The translations under genes were made by a program, and so were the position numbers. The notes beneath the pieces are model-generated. The model did no database searches, was not told the origin of the DNA, and worked only from the letters and a program-made list of their open reading frames with translations. A DNA stretch of 64,000 nucleotides from a virus. Of this stretch, positions 9,848 to 19,505 are shown in pieces. How positions within the stretch are numbered: the stretch's first letter is position 1; every line of letters begins with the position of its first letter. The stretch spans positions 64,001 to 128,000 of IMG/VR virus record IMGVR_UViG_3300017917_002441; one strand, 5' to 3'.

Positions 9848-11049
9848 CAAACCGAACAGATTTAGATTCATGCAGTTTTTGTGGCAAACACAAAGATGCA
9901 GTGGCCAAACTCATTGTTGGCGATAATGTCAGCATTTGTAATGAATGTGTAGACCTTTGCGAAAACCTTCTGAAAGAAGACCTTGGGCACGCCAAGAAGG
10001 CCGATCGTGCAGTCAGTATAGATCCAGTTGCTATCAAAGAGCACTTGGATCAGTACGTTATTGGGCAGGATGGTGCCAAGATTGTGCTCAGTGTGGCCAT
10101 TGCCAATCACTACAAACGCATCAATAACCCAGACAAAAACACCGAGATTGAAAAGGTCAATATTTTAATGTTTGGGCCCACAGGGTCTGGCAAAACACTG
10201 TTGGCACGTAGCGTAGCACGTTATCTTGATGTGCCGTTTGTTATCGCAGATGCCACAAGTTTAACCGAAGCTGGTTATGTAGGCGACGACGTAGAAAGCC
10301 TGATCAGCAGACTGTATGCGGCCGCAGACTATGACGTCAAACGTTGCGAACGCGGAATTGTGTTCTTGGACGAAGTTGACAAAATTAGTCGTCGTAGCGA
10401 GAGTGCCAGCATCACACGTGATGTGTCAGGAGAAGGCGTACAACAAGCTTTGCTCAAGCTAGTAGAAGGCACCAAGTGCCGTGTGACACCACAAGGCGGA
10501 CGCAAACACCCCACAGGCGAAATTGTGGAAATTGATACCACAAATATCTTGTTTATTGCTGGTGGTGCATTTGTCGGCATGGATAACATTGTCAAAAGTC
10601 GCATTCAGGGCACCAGCATTGGATTTGGTGCAGAAGTCAAGCGCGAAACTGTTAACTTGGGTCAAGCCACACCAGATGACATTGTGAAGTTTGGTATGAT
10701 TCCCGAATTTGTAGGACGTTTTCCAACTTGGGTTGCATTGCAACAACTCAGCAAAGAAGACCTAGTGCGTATCTTGATTGATATCAAGCACAGCTATATC
10801 AGTCAATACAAGTGGCTGTTTGGGCAAGATGAGATTGAGCTTGAGTTTACCCCTGAGGCCCTGGAGCAGATTGCTGGCAATACTATTTCCAACAAAACTG
10901 GTGCCCGTGGCTTGCACAGCGAACTTGAACGTGTGTTGTTGCCACACATGTATCGACTGCCTGAATACCGCAGACAAAACATTAACCGCGTAGTAATTGA
11001 CGAAACCATGGTAAATACACCAAGGGAGTTAAAACAAGCGAATGAGTAA
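9844..11049 (+). CDS. clpX: ATP-dependent Clp protease ATPase ClpX
   Basis: C4 zinc finger, GPTGSGKT, GYVG, DEVDK, RKH, IGF loop, GARGL. Confidence 0.97.
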   Translation: MTNRTDLDSCSFCGKHKDAVAKLIVGDNVSICNECVDLCENLLKEDLGHAKKADRAVSIDPVAIKEHLDQYVIGQDGAKIVLSVAIANHYKRINNPDKNTEIEKVNILMFGPTGSGKTLLARSVARYLDVPFVIADATSLTEAGYVGDDVESLISRLYAAADYDVKRCERGIVFLDEVDKISRRSESASITRDVSGEGVQQALLKLVEGTKCRVTPQGGRKHPTGEIVEIDTTNILFIAGGAFVGMDNIVKSRIQGTSIGFGAEVKRETVNLGQATPDDIVKFGMIPEFVGRFPTWVALQQLSKEDLVRILIDIKHSYISQYKWLFGQDEIELEFTPEALEQIAGNTISNKTGARGLHSELERVLLPHMYRLPEYRRQNINRVVIDETMVNTPRELKQANE

Positions 11050-11266
11050 TTTAAAAGGACGTAGCGTAACAGTAGTTGATGGCAATGTAGAAAAGGCATT
11101 GCGTAAATTCAAGAAAAAAGTTCAAGCCGCAGGTGTGCTGAACGATGTGAGAGATCGCGAACATTACGTCAAGCCTACTACAGAACGAAAACTCAAACGC
11201 AACGCCGCTCGCAAACGTTGGGAAAAACAATTAGTCAGTCAGCAATTGCCCAAAAAAATGTATTAA
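11042..11266 (+). CDS. rpsU: ribosomal protein bS21
   Basis: VEKALRKFKKKV...REHYVKPTTERK. Confidence 0.93.
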   Translation: MSNLKGRSVTVVDGNVEKALRKFKKKVQAAGVLNDVRDREHYVKPTTERKLKRNAARKRWEKQLVSQQLPKKMY

Positions 11267-11268
11267 AT

Positions 11269-11299
11269 TTGACATAGTCAAATCATTGTTGTATAAATA
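11269..11299 (+). promoter_or_regulatory. overlapping sigma70 and T4-late-type promoter
   Basis: TTGACA-N17-TATAAA; TATAAATA at 11292-11299. Confidence 0.7.
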
Positions 11300-11303
11300 T
11301 TAT

Positions 11304-11360
11304 TGTAGTGCCGATGGTCGGGCTACAAACATAAATCTTGCTTAACAAAAGGAGAATGAT
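11304..11360 (+). promoter_or_regulatory. ROSE-like RNA thermometer leader of dnaK
   Basis: Hairpin with UG/G internal loop, then TCTTGCTT pairing with AAGGAGA with a bulged G. Confidence 0.65.
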
Positions 11361-13241
11361 ATGAGCAAAGTCATTGGTATTGACTTAGGTACCACTAATT
11401 CATGTGTAGCCGTTATTGAAAACGGAACCCCCCGAGTAATTGAAAACAGCGAAGGCGCACGTACAACGCCCAGTATCGTTGCCTATGCCGAAGACGAAAT
11501 CCTAGTGGGTGCGTCGGCCAAACGCCAAGCAGTTACCAATCCCAAAAATACAGTGTATGCGGCCAAGCGACTGATTGGTCGTAAGTTTGAAGAACAAGCT
11601 GTACAAAAAGACATTGACTTGATGCCGTATGAAATCATCCGAGCAACCAATGGCGATGCATGGGTACGTGCTCGAGACAAAGACCTAGCACCTCCGCAAA
11701 TCTCTGCAGAAGTTCTTCGCAAAATGAAGAGAACTGCCGAAGACTATCTTGGTCACGAAGTAACTCAAGCAGTTATCACAGTTCCAGCTTACTTTAACGA
11801 TAGCCAACGTCAGGCCACCAAGGACGCAGGTAAAATTGCTGGCTTGGAAGTATTACGTATCATTAACGAACCCACAGCGGCTGCTCTAGCATACGGAGTA
11901 GACAAGAACGACAAAGCCGATCGCAAAGTAGCTGTGTATGACTTGGGTGGTGGTACATTTGACGTAAGCATCATTGAAATCGCCAACGTAGACGGTGACA
12001 AACAAGTTGAGGTACTCAGCACCAACGGCGACACCTTCCTGGGCGGTGAAGACTTTGACCAGCGCATTATGGACTTCCTGTGCGACGAGTTCAAGAAAGA
12101 AAATGGTATTGATCTCAAGAAAGACATGCTGGCATTGCAACGTCTCAAAGACGCCGCAGAAAAGGCCAAGATTGAACTTTCAAACAGCGCACAAACAGAC
12201 ATCAATTTGCCGTATGTCACAGCAGATGCTACTGGTCCCAAACACTTAAACGTCAAACTCACACGTGCTAAGTTGGAAAGCCTAGTAGAAGATCTTATCA
12301 AGCGCAGTCTTGAACCATGCCGTGTTGCTATGAAGGATGCCGGGGTAAGTGCCAGCGACATTGACGAAGTTATCCTTGTTGGTGGACAAACACGTATGCC
12401 CAAGGTACAAGAAGCAGTTGAGCAACTGTTTGGCAAGGCACCGCGTCGAGACGTAAACCCTGACGAAGCTGTGGCAGTGGGTGCGGCGATTCAAGGTGCA
12501 GTGTTGTCAGGGGATCGCAAAGACGTATTGTTGTTGGACGTTACTCCACTAAGCCTTGGCATTGAAACCATGGGCGGCGTAATGGCCAAGTTGATTCAGA
12601 AGAACACAACTATTCCTACAAAGCAAAGCCAAGTATTCTCTACAGCAGAAGATAACCAGCCTGCTGTGACAATCAAAGTGTACCAAGGTGAGCGAGAATT
12701 TTGCCAACACAACAAGCTCTTGGGCGAGTTTAACTTGGAAGGTATCCCGCCAGCACGTCGTGGCACACCGCAGATTGAAGTTACATTGGATATTGACGCC
12801 AATGGTATTATGCACGTCAGCGCCAAGGACAAAGCCACTGGCAAGGAAAACAAGATCACTATCAAGGCCAACTCAGGCCTAACAGAAGCAGAAATCCAAG
12901 ACATGATCAAAGACGCAGAACTCAATGCCGAAGAAGATCGTCGTCAACGTGATCTTGTGCAAGCTCGTAACAATGCCGAAAGCACTGTACACAATATCCG
13001 CAAGGACATTGAAGAACTACGCACTGAACTCACTGCTGAACAAATTGACAAGATTGAAGCAGTGTGCAAGGAACTCGAAGAAGCTGCCAAGGGCACTGAT
13101 CGTGAAGCAATTACTAGCAAGATCAGTGAAGTCATGGTAGCTAGCGAACCCATCTTTAAGGCAAAAGCCAACAAAGACAGCAGTGAAGCCAAAACTGACG
13201 ACACTGTGGTTGATGCTGACTTTACCGAGAAGAAAGACTGA
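11361..13241 (+). CDS. dnaK: Hsp70 chaperone DnaK
   Basis: [31 protein letters not shown] linker. Confidence 0.98.
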   Translation: MSKVIGIDLGTTNSCVAVIENGTPRVIENSEGARTTPSIVAYAEDEILVGASAKRQAVTNPKNTVYAAKRLIGRKFEEQAVQKDIDLMPYEIIRATNGDAWVRARDKDLAPPQISAEVLRKMKRTAEDYLGHEVTQAVITVPAYFNDSQRQATKDAGKIAGLEVLRIINEPTAAALAYGVDKNDKADRKVAVYDLGGGTFDVSIIEIANVDGDKQVEVLSTNGDTFLGGEDFDQRIMDFLCDEFKKENGIDLKKDMLALQRLKDAAEKAKIELSNSAQTDINLPYVTADATGPKHLNVKLTRAKLESLVEDLIKRSLEPCRVAMKDAGVSASDIDEVILVGGQTRMPKVQEAVEQLFGKAPRRDVNPDEAVAVGAAIQGAVLSGDRKDVLLLDVTPLSLGIETMGGVMAKLIQKNTTIPTKQSQVFSTAEDNQPAVTIKVYQGEREFCQHNKLLGEFNLEGIPPARRGTPQIEVTLDIDANGIMHVSAKDKATGKENKITIKANSGLTEAEIQDMIKDAELNAEEDRRQRDLVQARNNAESTVHNIRKDIEELRTELTAEQIDKIEAVCKELEEAAKGTDREAITSKISEVMVASEPIFKAKANKDSSEAKTDDTVVDADFTEKKD

Positions 13242-13253
13242 GGGAACTCAGTA

Positions 13254-13311
13254 GGCGGTGCCCAATAAAGGGGCCGCCATAGTCAACTTGCTTAATTAAA
13301 GGAGAAACAAC
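13254..13311 (+). promoter_or_regulatory. ROSE-like RNA thermometer leader of hsp20
   Basis: GGCGG-TG-CCC/GGG-G-CCGCC hairpin, then CTTGCTT/AAGGAG. Confidence 0.7.
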
Positions 13312-13752
13312 ATGACTAAATTTACAGCTTTTGATCTAACCCCCATTTATCGCACCAGCATTGGTGTTGATCGATTGTTTGATCGTATCATGAACCAAGT
13401 GGAGCATGCGGCCACCAATAATTACCCACCCTATAACATTGTCAAAACTGGAGAGCATACATTTGAGCTACAGTTGGCAGTGGCTGGATTTACACAAGGT
13501 GAGCTAGAAATCACTGTCAAAGAAGGTACTTGCACTGTTGTTGGTGAAAAAATCAACAACGAATTGCCCGAAGGACACGAGTACTTCTACCATGGCATCA
13601 GCGCACGAAAATTTGTTCGTAGCTGGCCCTTGGGCGAGTATGTCGAAGTGCGTGATGCTGTTGTAAAAGATGGTATTTTGACAGTGCGTTTAGAGCAAGT
13701 GGTGCCCGAAAGCGCCAAGCCAAAGAGCATTGCAATCACTTACGCAAGTTAA
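13312..13752 (+). CDS. ibpA: small heat shock protein (IbpA/Hsp20)
   Basis: YPPYNI, AVAGF, HGISARKF, DGIL, KSIAI. Confidence 0.95.
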   Translation: MTKFTAFDLTPIYRTSIGVDRLFDRIMNQVEHAATNNYPPYNIVKTGEHTFELQLAVAGFTQGELEITVKEGTCTVVGEKINNELPEGHEYFYHGISARKFVRSWPLGEYVEVRDAVVKDGILTVRLEQVVPESAKPKSIAITYAS

Positions 13753-13760
13753 TATAATAG

Positions 13761-13791
13761 TAAATACAGTAGCGGGATAATCCCGCTACTG
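13761..13791 (+). promoter_or_regulatory. late-type TAAATA box followed by an 11-bp leader hairpin
   Basis: TAAATA then CAGTAGCGGGA-TAA-TCCCGCTACTG, no U-tract. Confidence 0.5.
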
Positions 13792-13806
13792 ATCAAGGAA
13801 CAGAAC

Positions 13807-14118
13807 ATGGCACAAGCAGAACCAAGAACAAAAATCAAACCCGTAGAAAAAGTCAAAGAGCCACCTATGTTTCGTGTGATTTATCTAAATGATAATCAAA
13901 CCAGCATGGAGTTTGTAATTGATAGCCTCATGGAGTACTTTGATTACACCGAAGAAAGTGCTGAAAAACTCACCATTGACATCCACGAAACCGGCAGTGC
14001 TGTTGTTGCAGTGCTACCGTATGAAATTGCGGAACAAAAAGGTATTGAAGTTACAATCAGTGCCAGAAGTCAAAGCTACCCGCTACAGGTCAAGCTTGAG
14101 CCCGAAGACGTAGTTTAA
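13807..14118 (+). CDS. clpS: Clp protease adaptor ClpS
   Basis: PPMFRVIYLND..T.MEFV...IHETG.AV...EIAEQK...YPL. Confidence 0.93.
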   Translation: MAQAEPRTKIKPVEKVKEPPMFRVIYLNDNQTSMEFVIDSLMEYFDYTEESAEKLTIDIHETGSAVVAVLPYEIAEQKGIEVTISARSQSYPLQVKLEPEDVV

Positions 14119-14918
14119 ACATTAATCTCAATGCGCATGGGATGATACACATGACGGCACCAATCGGTGCCGTGTCTACCACGGCAGTTGTTTAAAAATC
14201 TTATGTCATGGCGAGTTTGATCCACACTGCCATGATAGTGTCCAAAGCACCAAGTATGTAATTTGTTGCCGTGGTCTGCGCCCAGGGCTTGCATCATGTT
14301 GTTGTTGCCCAAGGTGTTGAAGCGCATGGTACCGTCAAGACTGATGTCGTGTTTGACTAATTCCCAATAAGGCACAGTGTGTGTAACCGCTACAATATGC
14401 TGTACGTCAAGGTGAGTTTGTAGTTTGTCTACACTGCTGATCATGTAAGTGGCATCAGTGTTGCTCATTCTAGCGATGCTTTTGGTTGTGCGTGAGTTAA
14501 TTGGGGCATGTGGTTGCATTTTTTCTTCCCACCACAAGGCACATTGTTCAGGGTTGATGCTAATGTCAAAATCCCAGCCCCACCACCCGTTGGTGCCTAA
14601 TATAGCCACACCATCGATCACAACTAGATTATTTTGCAAGTAAACAACATTGGGAATTTTAGCAATGCGTTTTTCTAAGTCACGATAACTGTTGGGGAGA
14701 TCGTCATAGTAGTCCACATGTTCTTCGTTGCCGTCTATATAAAACACAGCTTGATAGCATTGACCAAGATGTCTAAGTGTATTAATTAACAAGTCACGAT
14801 CTCTAGCAACATCTCCAGCTACTATACAAAAGGAACTGGTGGCACGACCCTCCCAGTCAAACGGTTTAGGCCACGTGTCTACGTGTAAATCAGAAATTAA
14901 ATCAAAAGCAAATTGCAT
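14115..14918 (-). CDS. calcineurin-like metallophosphoesterase
   Basis: SDLH, AGD, GNEE, TH, GHYH motifs. Confidence 0.85.
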   Translation of the reverse strand: MQFAFDLISDLHVDTWPKPFDWEGRATSSFCIVAGDVARDRDLLINTLRHLGQCYQAVFYIDGNEEHVDYYDDLPNSYRDLEKRIAKIPNVVYLQNNLVVIDGVAILGTNGWWGWDFDISINPEQCALWWEEKMQPHAPINSRTTKSIARMSNTDATYMISSVDKLQTHLDVQHIVAVTHTVPYWELVKHDISLDGTMRFNTLGNNNMMQALGADHGNKLHTWCFGHYHGSVDQTRHDIRFLNNCRGRHGTDWCRHVYHPMRIEINV

Positions 14919-14942
14919 GATACATATTTAAAAGGAATTGAC

Positions 14943-15299
14943 ATGAACATAATATTTGGCGAAGACATTAAACATTTACCTGACAACTACACCATCCTAG
15001 AATTAGATAGTTTTAGATTCACTAGATCGGGAGAAATTGCCAAGGCATACTGTGTGGTTGAGAAAATACCCTTGGGTGAATTCCCCACACTAGACGAATA
15101 CAGAAATGCACACAATGAACTGTTGGTGCAGTATCGTGCTAAGAATTGGGAGTATTGCCAGGAAGCTATCAAAGCACTAACGGGCCGCTGGGGTGGAGAG
15201 CTTGACACATTTTATCAAAGCCTGCTGGAACGTGTGCAAGCTTACGAACAAACACCACCTGGTGATGACTGGGACGGTGTGATACTTAAAATAGCTTGA
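14943..15299 (+). CDS. stand-alone paralogue of the adenylate cyclase C-terminal domain
   Basis: Aligns by eye with the last ~120 aa of 20858-22909 (LELD, H..L..YR, GRxxGE.D..Y, ER, TP...WDGV). Confidence 0.75.
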   Translation: MNIIFGEDIKHLPDNYTILELDSFRFTRSGEIAKAYCVVEKIPLGEFPTLDEYRNAHNELLVQYRAKNWEYCQEAIKALTGRWGGELDTFYQSLLERVQAYEQTPPGDDWDGVILKIA

Positions 15300-16414
15300 T
15301 CAAAGTTAGTTAAGAACTCATTGATGATTTGTTGTTGAAACGCATGCGAAAAGAAGTGCTTTTGATTTCTTTTCGCAATAGCTCTTAACTGTTGCAAAGT
15401 GTGTTCATTGGCCAAGGTCAATTGATCCATGGCATACACAATGGCACGTAATCGTTGCACTGGATCTTTTATTGTGTCATATGTTTCGTCAATAAGCCCG
15501 CTGAATGTTTCAAATCCGTAACTGCGCAAATATTCAAGTGCGCCAGGGGTAGATGCAAGAATAAACGGCTGTGCGCATGCGATTGGTCGTAAAGCTTTTT
15601 CTGTTAAGTGTAGACGTTCATCGTCAAACAATGTTTCTAACACAACTTCAACATGAGTTTCTTGATAGTCTGTTGAACAATAATCTGCACTGGCTGACGC
15701 TGGGGTTTGATTCAAAGTAAAATGTTGTTCAAGATCAGTGGCAACAATTTTAAATGCAGGATTGGCGAACTCATGAGCTCTATAGTGCTGTTCGTTATCA
15801 ATGGGGTTGAATCCCATTTTACACAGTGTAGCAACACTGCTCTTTGATACTAATTCGGCAAATTTTAGTCGATATTCTCTAGACCCGCCCCAGGCTCGAT
15901 TGTAAATTAAAAATAGCTTTTGAATATTTTTCTTGTGTAGCAATGGATCATGCTCGGCATATCTGTACCAGTCACGTGCAATTAGTCCATGGCTCCAAAA
16001 GTACACTGGCCAGTGATTTTTACTTGCAAGGTTGCTAACTTGTTTACTGTTGAGTTCGCTGTGCGTAAACAACACTGGTTTATCTGAGTCCCCGGTTGCT
16101 AGTATTTTTAATTCAAATTTTCTAAACAATTCAACCGCTTGTTCGTCAGAGATGTGCCGTGATGTTGGATCAATCTGAACCATGTAATTCTTCCATTGAA
16201 TAATGTCTTGATTAGAATATTGGGAGAAGTTAATTGGCTCTTGGTCATGAGACAACATAACTAGCGATGTTTCTAATTGTTGATTGGTATAGTTTTTCAA
16301 CGGAACCATGTGTTCAAGTTTTTTTGAGCCATGCGGGAACCAGCGATAAATTATGATATCGGTCTTGACAACGTCTTCTAAAAAATTGTATAATCTATCT
16401 AAAGGAACACTCAT
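15242..16414 (-). CDS. putative glycosyltransferase-like protein (GT10-like C-terminus)
   Basis: VVLET...LTEK..RPI...PFIL...G..YLR.YGF.TF...DETYD; start MSVPLDRLY. Confidence 0.55.
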   Translation of the reverse strand: MSVPLDRLYNFLEDVVKTDIIIYRWFPHGSKKLEHMVPLKNYTNQQLETSLVMLSHDQEPINFSQYSNQDIIQWKNYMVQIDPTSRHISDEQAVELFRKFELKILATGDSDKPVLFTHSELNSKQVSNLASKNHWPVYFWSHGLIARDWYRYAEHDPLLHKKNIQKLFLIYNRAWGGSREYRLKFAELVSKSSVATLCKMGFNPIDNEQHYRAHEFANPAFKIVATDLEQHFTLNQTPASASADYCSTDYQETHVEVVLETLFDDERLHLTEKALRPIACAQPFILASTPGALEYLRSYGFETFSGLIDETYDTIKDPVQRLRAIVYAMDQLTLANEHTLQQLRAIAKRNQKHFFSHAFQQQIINEFLTNFDQAILSITPSQSSPGGVCS

Positions 16415-16415
16415 T

Positions 16416-17669
16416 ATGAAAAATATTGGTTTTATTGGTCTGGGCAAACTTGGCCTTGACTGTGCTGAAGTATTTGCTGAAAAGCACACAGTTCGCGGGT
16501 TTGATATTTACCAACGTACCAGCAACAGTGTAAAAGTTTGCGGCATTGAAGAATGTGTCAACGAAAGCGAGTGGATCTTTATTGCTGTGCCTACACCGCA
16601 TGCTGATGGATATGATGGCTCAGTGCCCAGCAGCCACATGTGTCCCATGGACTTTGGGCATGACGCTGTAATCGAAGCAATTGACAATGTCAATAAACAC
16701 GCTCGTGAATCAAAGAAAATTGTGTTGATTTCAACAGTGTTGCCTGGAACAACACGCCGTAAGTTTATCACACGCCTTGACAAAAAGCACCAGTTCTTGT
16801 ACAACCCTTATCTCATTGCCATGGGCAGTGTGAAGTGGGACATGGTCAATCCTGAAATGGTCATGATTGGCACAGAAGATGGCAACCCCAATGCACTAGC
16901 CGGCGAGCTAATTGACATTTACAAAACTATTATGCAAAACAACCCACGTTACGAAATTGGTACATGGGACGAATGCGAAGCCATCAAGATCTTCTATAAC
17001 ACATTTATTTCAGCCAAAGTTGGACTTGCAAACATGATTCAAGACTTTGCAATGAAAATTGGCAACATCAATGTTGATGTAGTTACAAACGCATTGGCAC
17101 GTAGTACCATGCGTATCATGGGGCCTAAATACATGACAGCAGGCATGGGCGATGCCGGTGCTTGCCATCCACGTGACAACATTGCCTTGCGCTGGCTAGC
17201 ACAAGAATACGACATTGGTTACGACTTGTTTGACACAATTATGCATGCTCGTGAAGTGCAAGCAAAAAACTTAGCAGAATTCTTAGTTAAAGAATCAGGT
17301 AATTACATTGTTGGTCAATACATGCCAATTGCTATTCATGGCAAAGCCTACAAGCCCGATGTTCCCTACTGCATTGGTAGTTACAGTACACTAGTGGGAC
17401 ACTATATCAAAGCCTTGGGCCGCGATGTTGTTTATCTTGATCCCTTGGCCGATGACCCCACAGATGTAGTAGCAAACCTTGGTGATACACCACATGTTGT
17501 GTTGTGGGCACACAACCGTAAAATCACATATGAGTACACTGGCGATCAAGCTGATACTCAACCCTATTGTGAAATTCCACAAGGATCTGTTATTGTTGAT
17601 CCGTGGCGTAAATTAGAACTCACAGGAAAGCATACTATTATCCATTATGGCAACACACGAAATAATTAA
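16416..17669 (+). CDS. UDP-glucose/GDP-mannose dehydrogenase family
   Basis: GLGKLG Rossmann, IAVPTP, STVLPG, K..YN, catalytic Cys in GACHPRD, AYKPD. Confidence 0.9.
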   Translation: MKNIGFIGLGKLGLDCAEVFAEKHTVRGFDIYQRTSNSVKVCGIEECVNESEWIFIAVPTPHADGYDGSVPSSHMCPMDFGHDAVIEAIDNVNKHARESKKIVLISTVLPGTTRRKFITRLDKKHQFLYNPYLIAMGSVKWDMVNPEMVMIGTEDGNPNALAGELIDIYKTIMQNNPRYEIGTWDECEAIKIFYNTFISAKVGLANMIQDFAMKIGNINVDVVTNALARSTMRIMGPKYMTAGMGDAGACHPRDNIALRWLAQEYDIGYDLFDTIMHAREVQAKNLAEFLVKESGNYIVGQYMPIAIHGKAYKPDVPYCIGSYSTLVGHYIKALGRDVVYLDPLADDPTDVVANLGDTPHVVLWAHNRKITYEYTGDQADTQPYCEIPQGSVIVDPWRKLELTGKHTIIHYGNTRNN

Positions 17670-18168
17670 GTACAATCTTGAAGTGTTTTGGGACGACGAG
17701 TATCAGCGTCTTGAGTATGTCAATGAACCCTTCAACGATGCACCCAACATGTTGCGTTGGGTAGAGTTAGGGTTTGCATTTAACAAGTGCACAGGTGACA
17801 TGTGTGATATGCGAGCCCAACAGCCTACTTGGAACAGCAAGTTTATCAAGCACTTTCAATCTCAAGGCTGGAAAGATATTGGTACTAGCTATTACAGAAT
17901 GATGCCCGGTACTATATTACCAACACACGGCGACCTTTACGTAAAATACGTTAATTTGTTTAACCTGCATGGCCAAGAGCATCGCATTAGACGTGCAATT
18001 GTGTTTCTTGAGGACTGGCAAAGCGGACATTACTTTGAGGGCATGGGTCGGCCACTTACTGAGTGGAAGGCCGGCACTGTTGTAGAGTGGCCATTTGACA
18101 CTCCCCACATGGCCGCCAACATGGGATTCACCCCAAGATATACTTTACAAATAACAGGACACGTATGA
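17647..18168 (+). CDS. 2OG-Fe(II) oxygenase (Asp/Asn hydroxylase-like)
   Basis: HGD...PH...N.G..PR.TLQITG. Confidence 0.75.
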   Translation: MATHEIIKYNLEVFWDDEYQRLEYVNEPFNDAPNMLRWVELGFAFNKCTGDMCDMRAQQPTWNSKFIKHFQSQGWKDIGTSYYRMMPGTILPTHGDLYVKYVNLFNLHGQEHRIRRAIVFLEDWQSGHYFEGMGRPLTEWKAGTVVEWPFDTPHMAANMGFTPRYTLQITGHV

Positions 18169-19076
18169 TAAGCTCCTACAACGAGTGGAGCCCGCTTAAA
18201 AAAATCATTGTGGGCGATGCTACTAATGCCAACTGGCCTTTGTATGATCCCGTTTTTAAGCTAGAAAGCGAAAAAACAACTTGGAAAGAAACACCAGTAC
18301 CATCAGGCCCTGTGCCACAATGGATTATCGACGAAGCCAATGAAGACCTTGAAATCCTTGCCACAACATTGACCAAGTTGGGTGTAGAAGTATTGCGTCC
18401 AGACCCGCTGAATTTTCAAGTTCACGATGGCATGTACAATTACTGTCCTAGAGATAGACTGCTGGTGTACGGCGACACAATAATTGATCCTGCCATGATG
18501 TATCCTTGTAGAGACATGGAATTACAGTGCTATCATGACATAGTTGATTCTGCATCAAATTACAAATTCATGCCACGCAATGAGGGTATGGTATTGGATG
18601 CGGCAAATGTGTGCAGACTCAATGACAAAATGTTATTCTTGGAATCAGCATCGGGTAATCGCAAGGCCTATGAGTGGCTGTGTGAACAATTTCCCAATGT
18701 TGAAATTGAACTTTGCAATTTTTATGCTGGTGTACACATTGATTCAACTATTGTGCCTTTGCGTGAAGGATTGGTTATGTTAAATGGCAGTAGAGTATCA
18801 TTTGACGATGTACCCCGTGTGTTTGATGGCTGGCAAAAAATTTGGGTTCGCGACGTAGTACCTCAAGGATTTCATGAATATCCATATGCATCAAAATGGA
18901 TTGCTATGAACATGTTGGTAGTAGATCCGCACACTGTGATATGCGATGCTGATCAACCCAACTTAATTAAAACTCTAGAAAGTTACAAGTTTACAGTGAT
19001 TCCCTTACGGTTAAGACAAAGCCGCACTCTAGGAGGCGGCTTTCATTGCGTCACACTTGATTTGGTTAGAGCTTAG
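18165..19076 (+). CDS. amidinotransferase (glycine/inosamine-phosphate type)
   Basis: NEWSPL, CPRD, HIDST, GGGFHC catalytic Cys. Confidence 0.92.
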   Translation: MISSYNEWSPLKKIIVGDATNANWPLYDPVFKLESEKTTWKETPVPSGPVPQWIIDEANEDLEILATTLTKLGVEVLRPDPLNFQVHDGMYNYCPRDRLLVYGDTIIDPAMMYPCRDMELQCYHDIVDSASNYKFMPRNEGMVLDAANVCRLNDKMLFLESASGNRKAYEWLCEQFPNVEIELCNFYAGVHIDSTIVPLREGLVMLNGSRVSFDDVPRVFDGWQKIWVRDVVPQGFHEYPYASKWIAMNMLVVDPHTVICDADQPNLIKTLESYKFTVIPLRLRQSRTLGGGFHCVTLDLVRA

Positions 19077-19431
19077 TCACGATCATATAAGGGTTAGTAA
19101 ATGTTAAAAAAAAGTTAACAGCCCGTTCAAAAATGTCATCAAACTCAACTTCAACTACATAACCATTGTCGGTCCATTCAACAGTTTTTTCAATTTGATT
19201 AGTCAGCACCAGCATCATATCTTCAAGGGTGTTTATGGATACATTGGTACTAGACATGATCAAATCACCAAGATCGTTTTCGGCATCAAGCGAAACTAAA
19301 ATAGTGTCTCCCGATGTCAATTCTATAGGTTCAGCTTTGAATTTAGCATAGTCAAAATTGGGGTCTTGATCAGCAAGCGATTTTGGGTAAAAAAAGTCTT
19401 TGCTGAACTCAAATTTAGTTCGTATAGTCAT
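19066..19431 (-). CDS. acidic hypothetical protein
   Basis: 121 aa; TATAAATA on minus strand at 19453-19460. Confidence 0.6.
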   Translation of the reverse strand: MTIRTKFEFSKDFFYPKSLADQDPNFDYAKFKAEPIELTSGDTILVSLDAENDLGDLIMSSTNVSINTLEDMMLVLTNQIEKTVEWTDNGYVVEVEFDDIFERAVNFFLTFTNPYMIVTKL

Positions 19432-19470
19432 TTGGGAAGTCTCCAGTTAGAGTATTTATAACAACACTGC

Positions 19471-19499
19471 TTGACTTTTATTTTGTTTCGCTATATAAT
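19471..19499 (+). promoter_or_regulatory. sigma70 promoter
   Basis: TTGACT-N17-TATAAT, ATG 6 nt downstream. Confidence 0.75.
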
Positions 19500-19505
19500 A
19501 AGCCT

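Noticed and set aside
11483-13204. Long antisense ORFs opposite dnaK (similarly opposite clpX, ligase, metK and the tail genes)
   Set aside because: Shadow ORFs produced by the codon bias of the real genes.
9844-14118. Bacterial chromosome fragment or contamination
   Set aside because: Host-like genes are interleaved with phage hypotheticals in non-bacterial order and share the phage promoter motifs.
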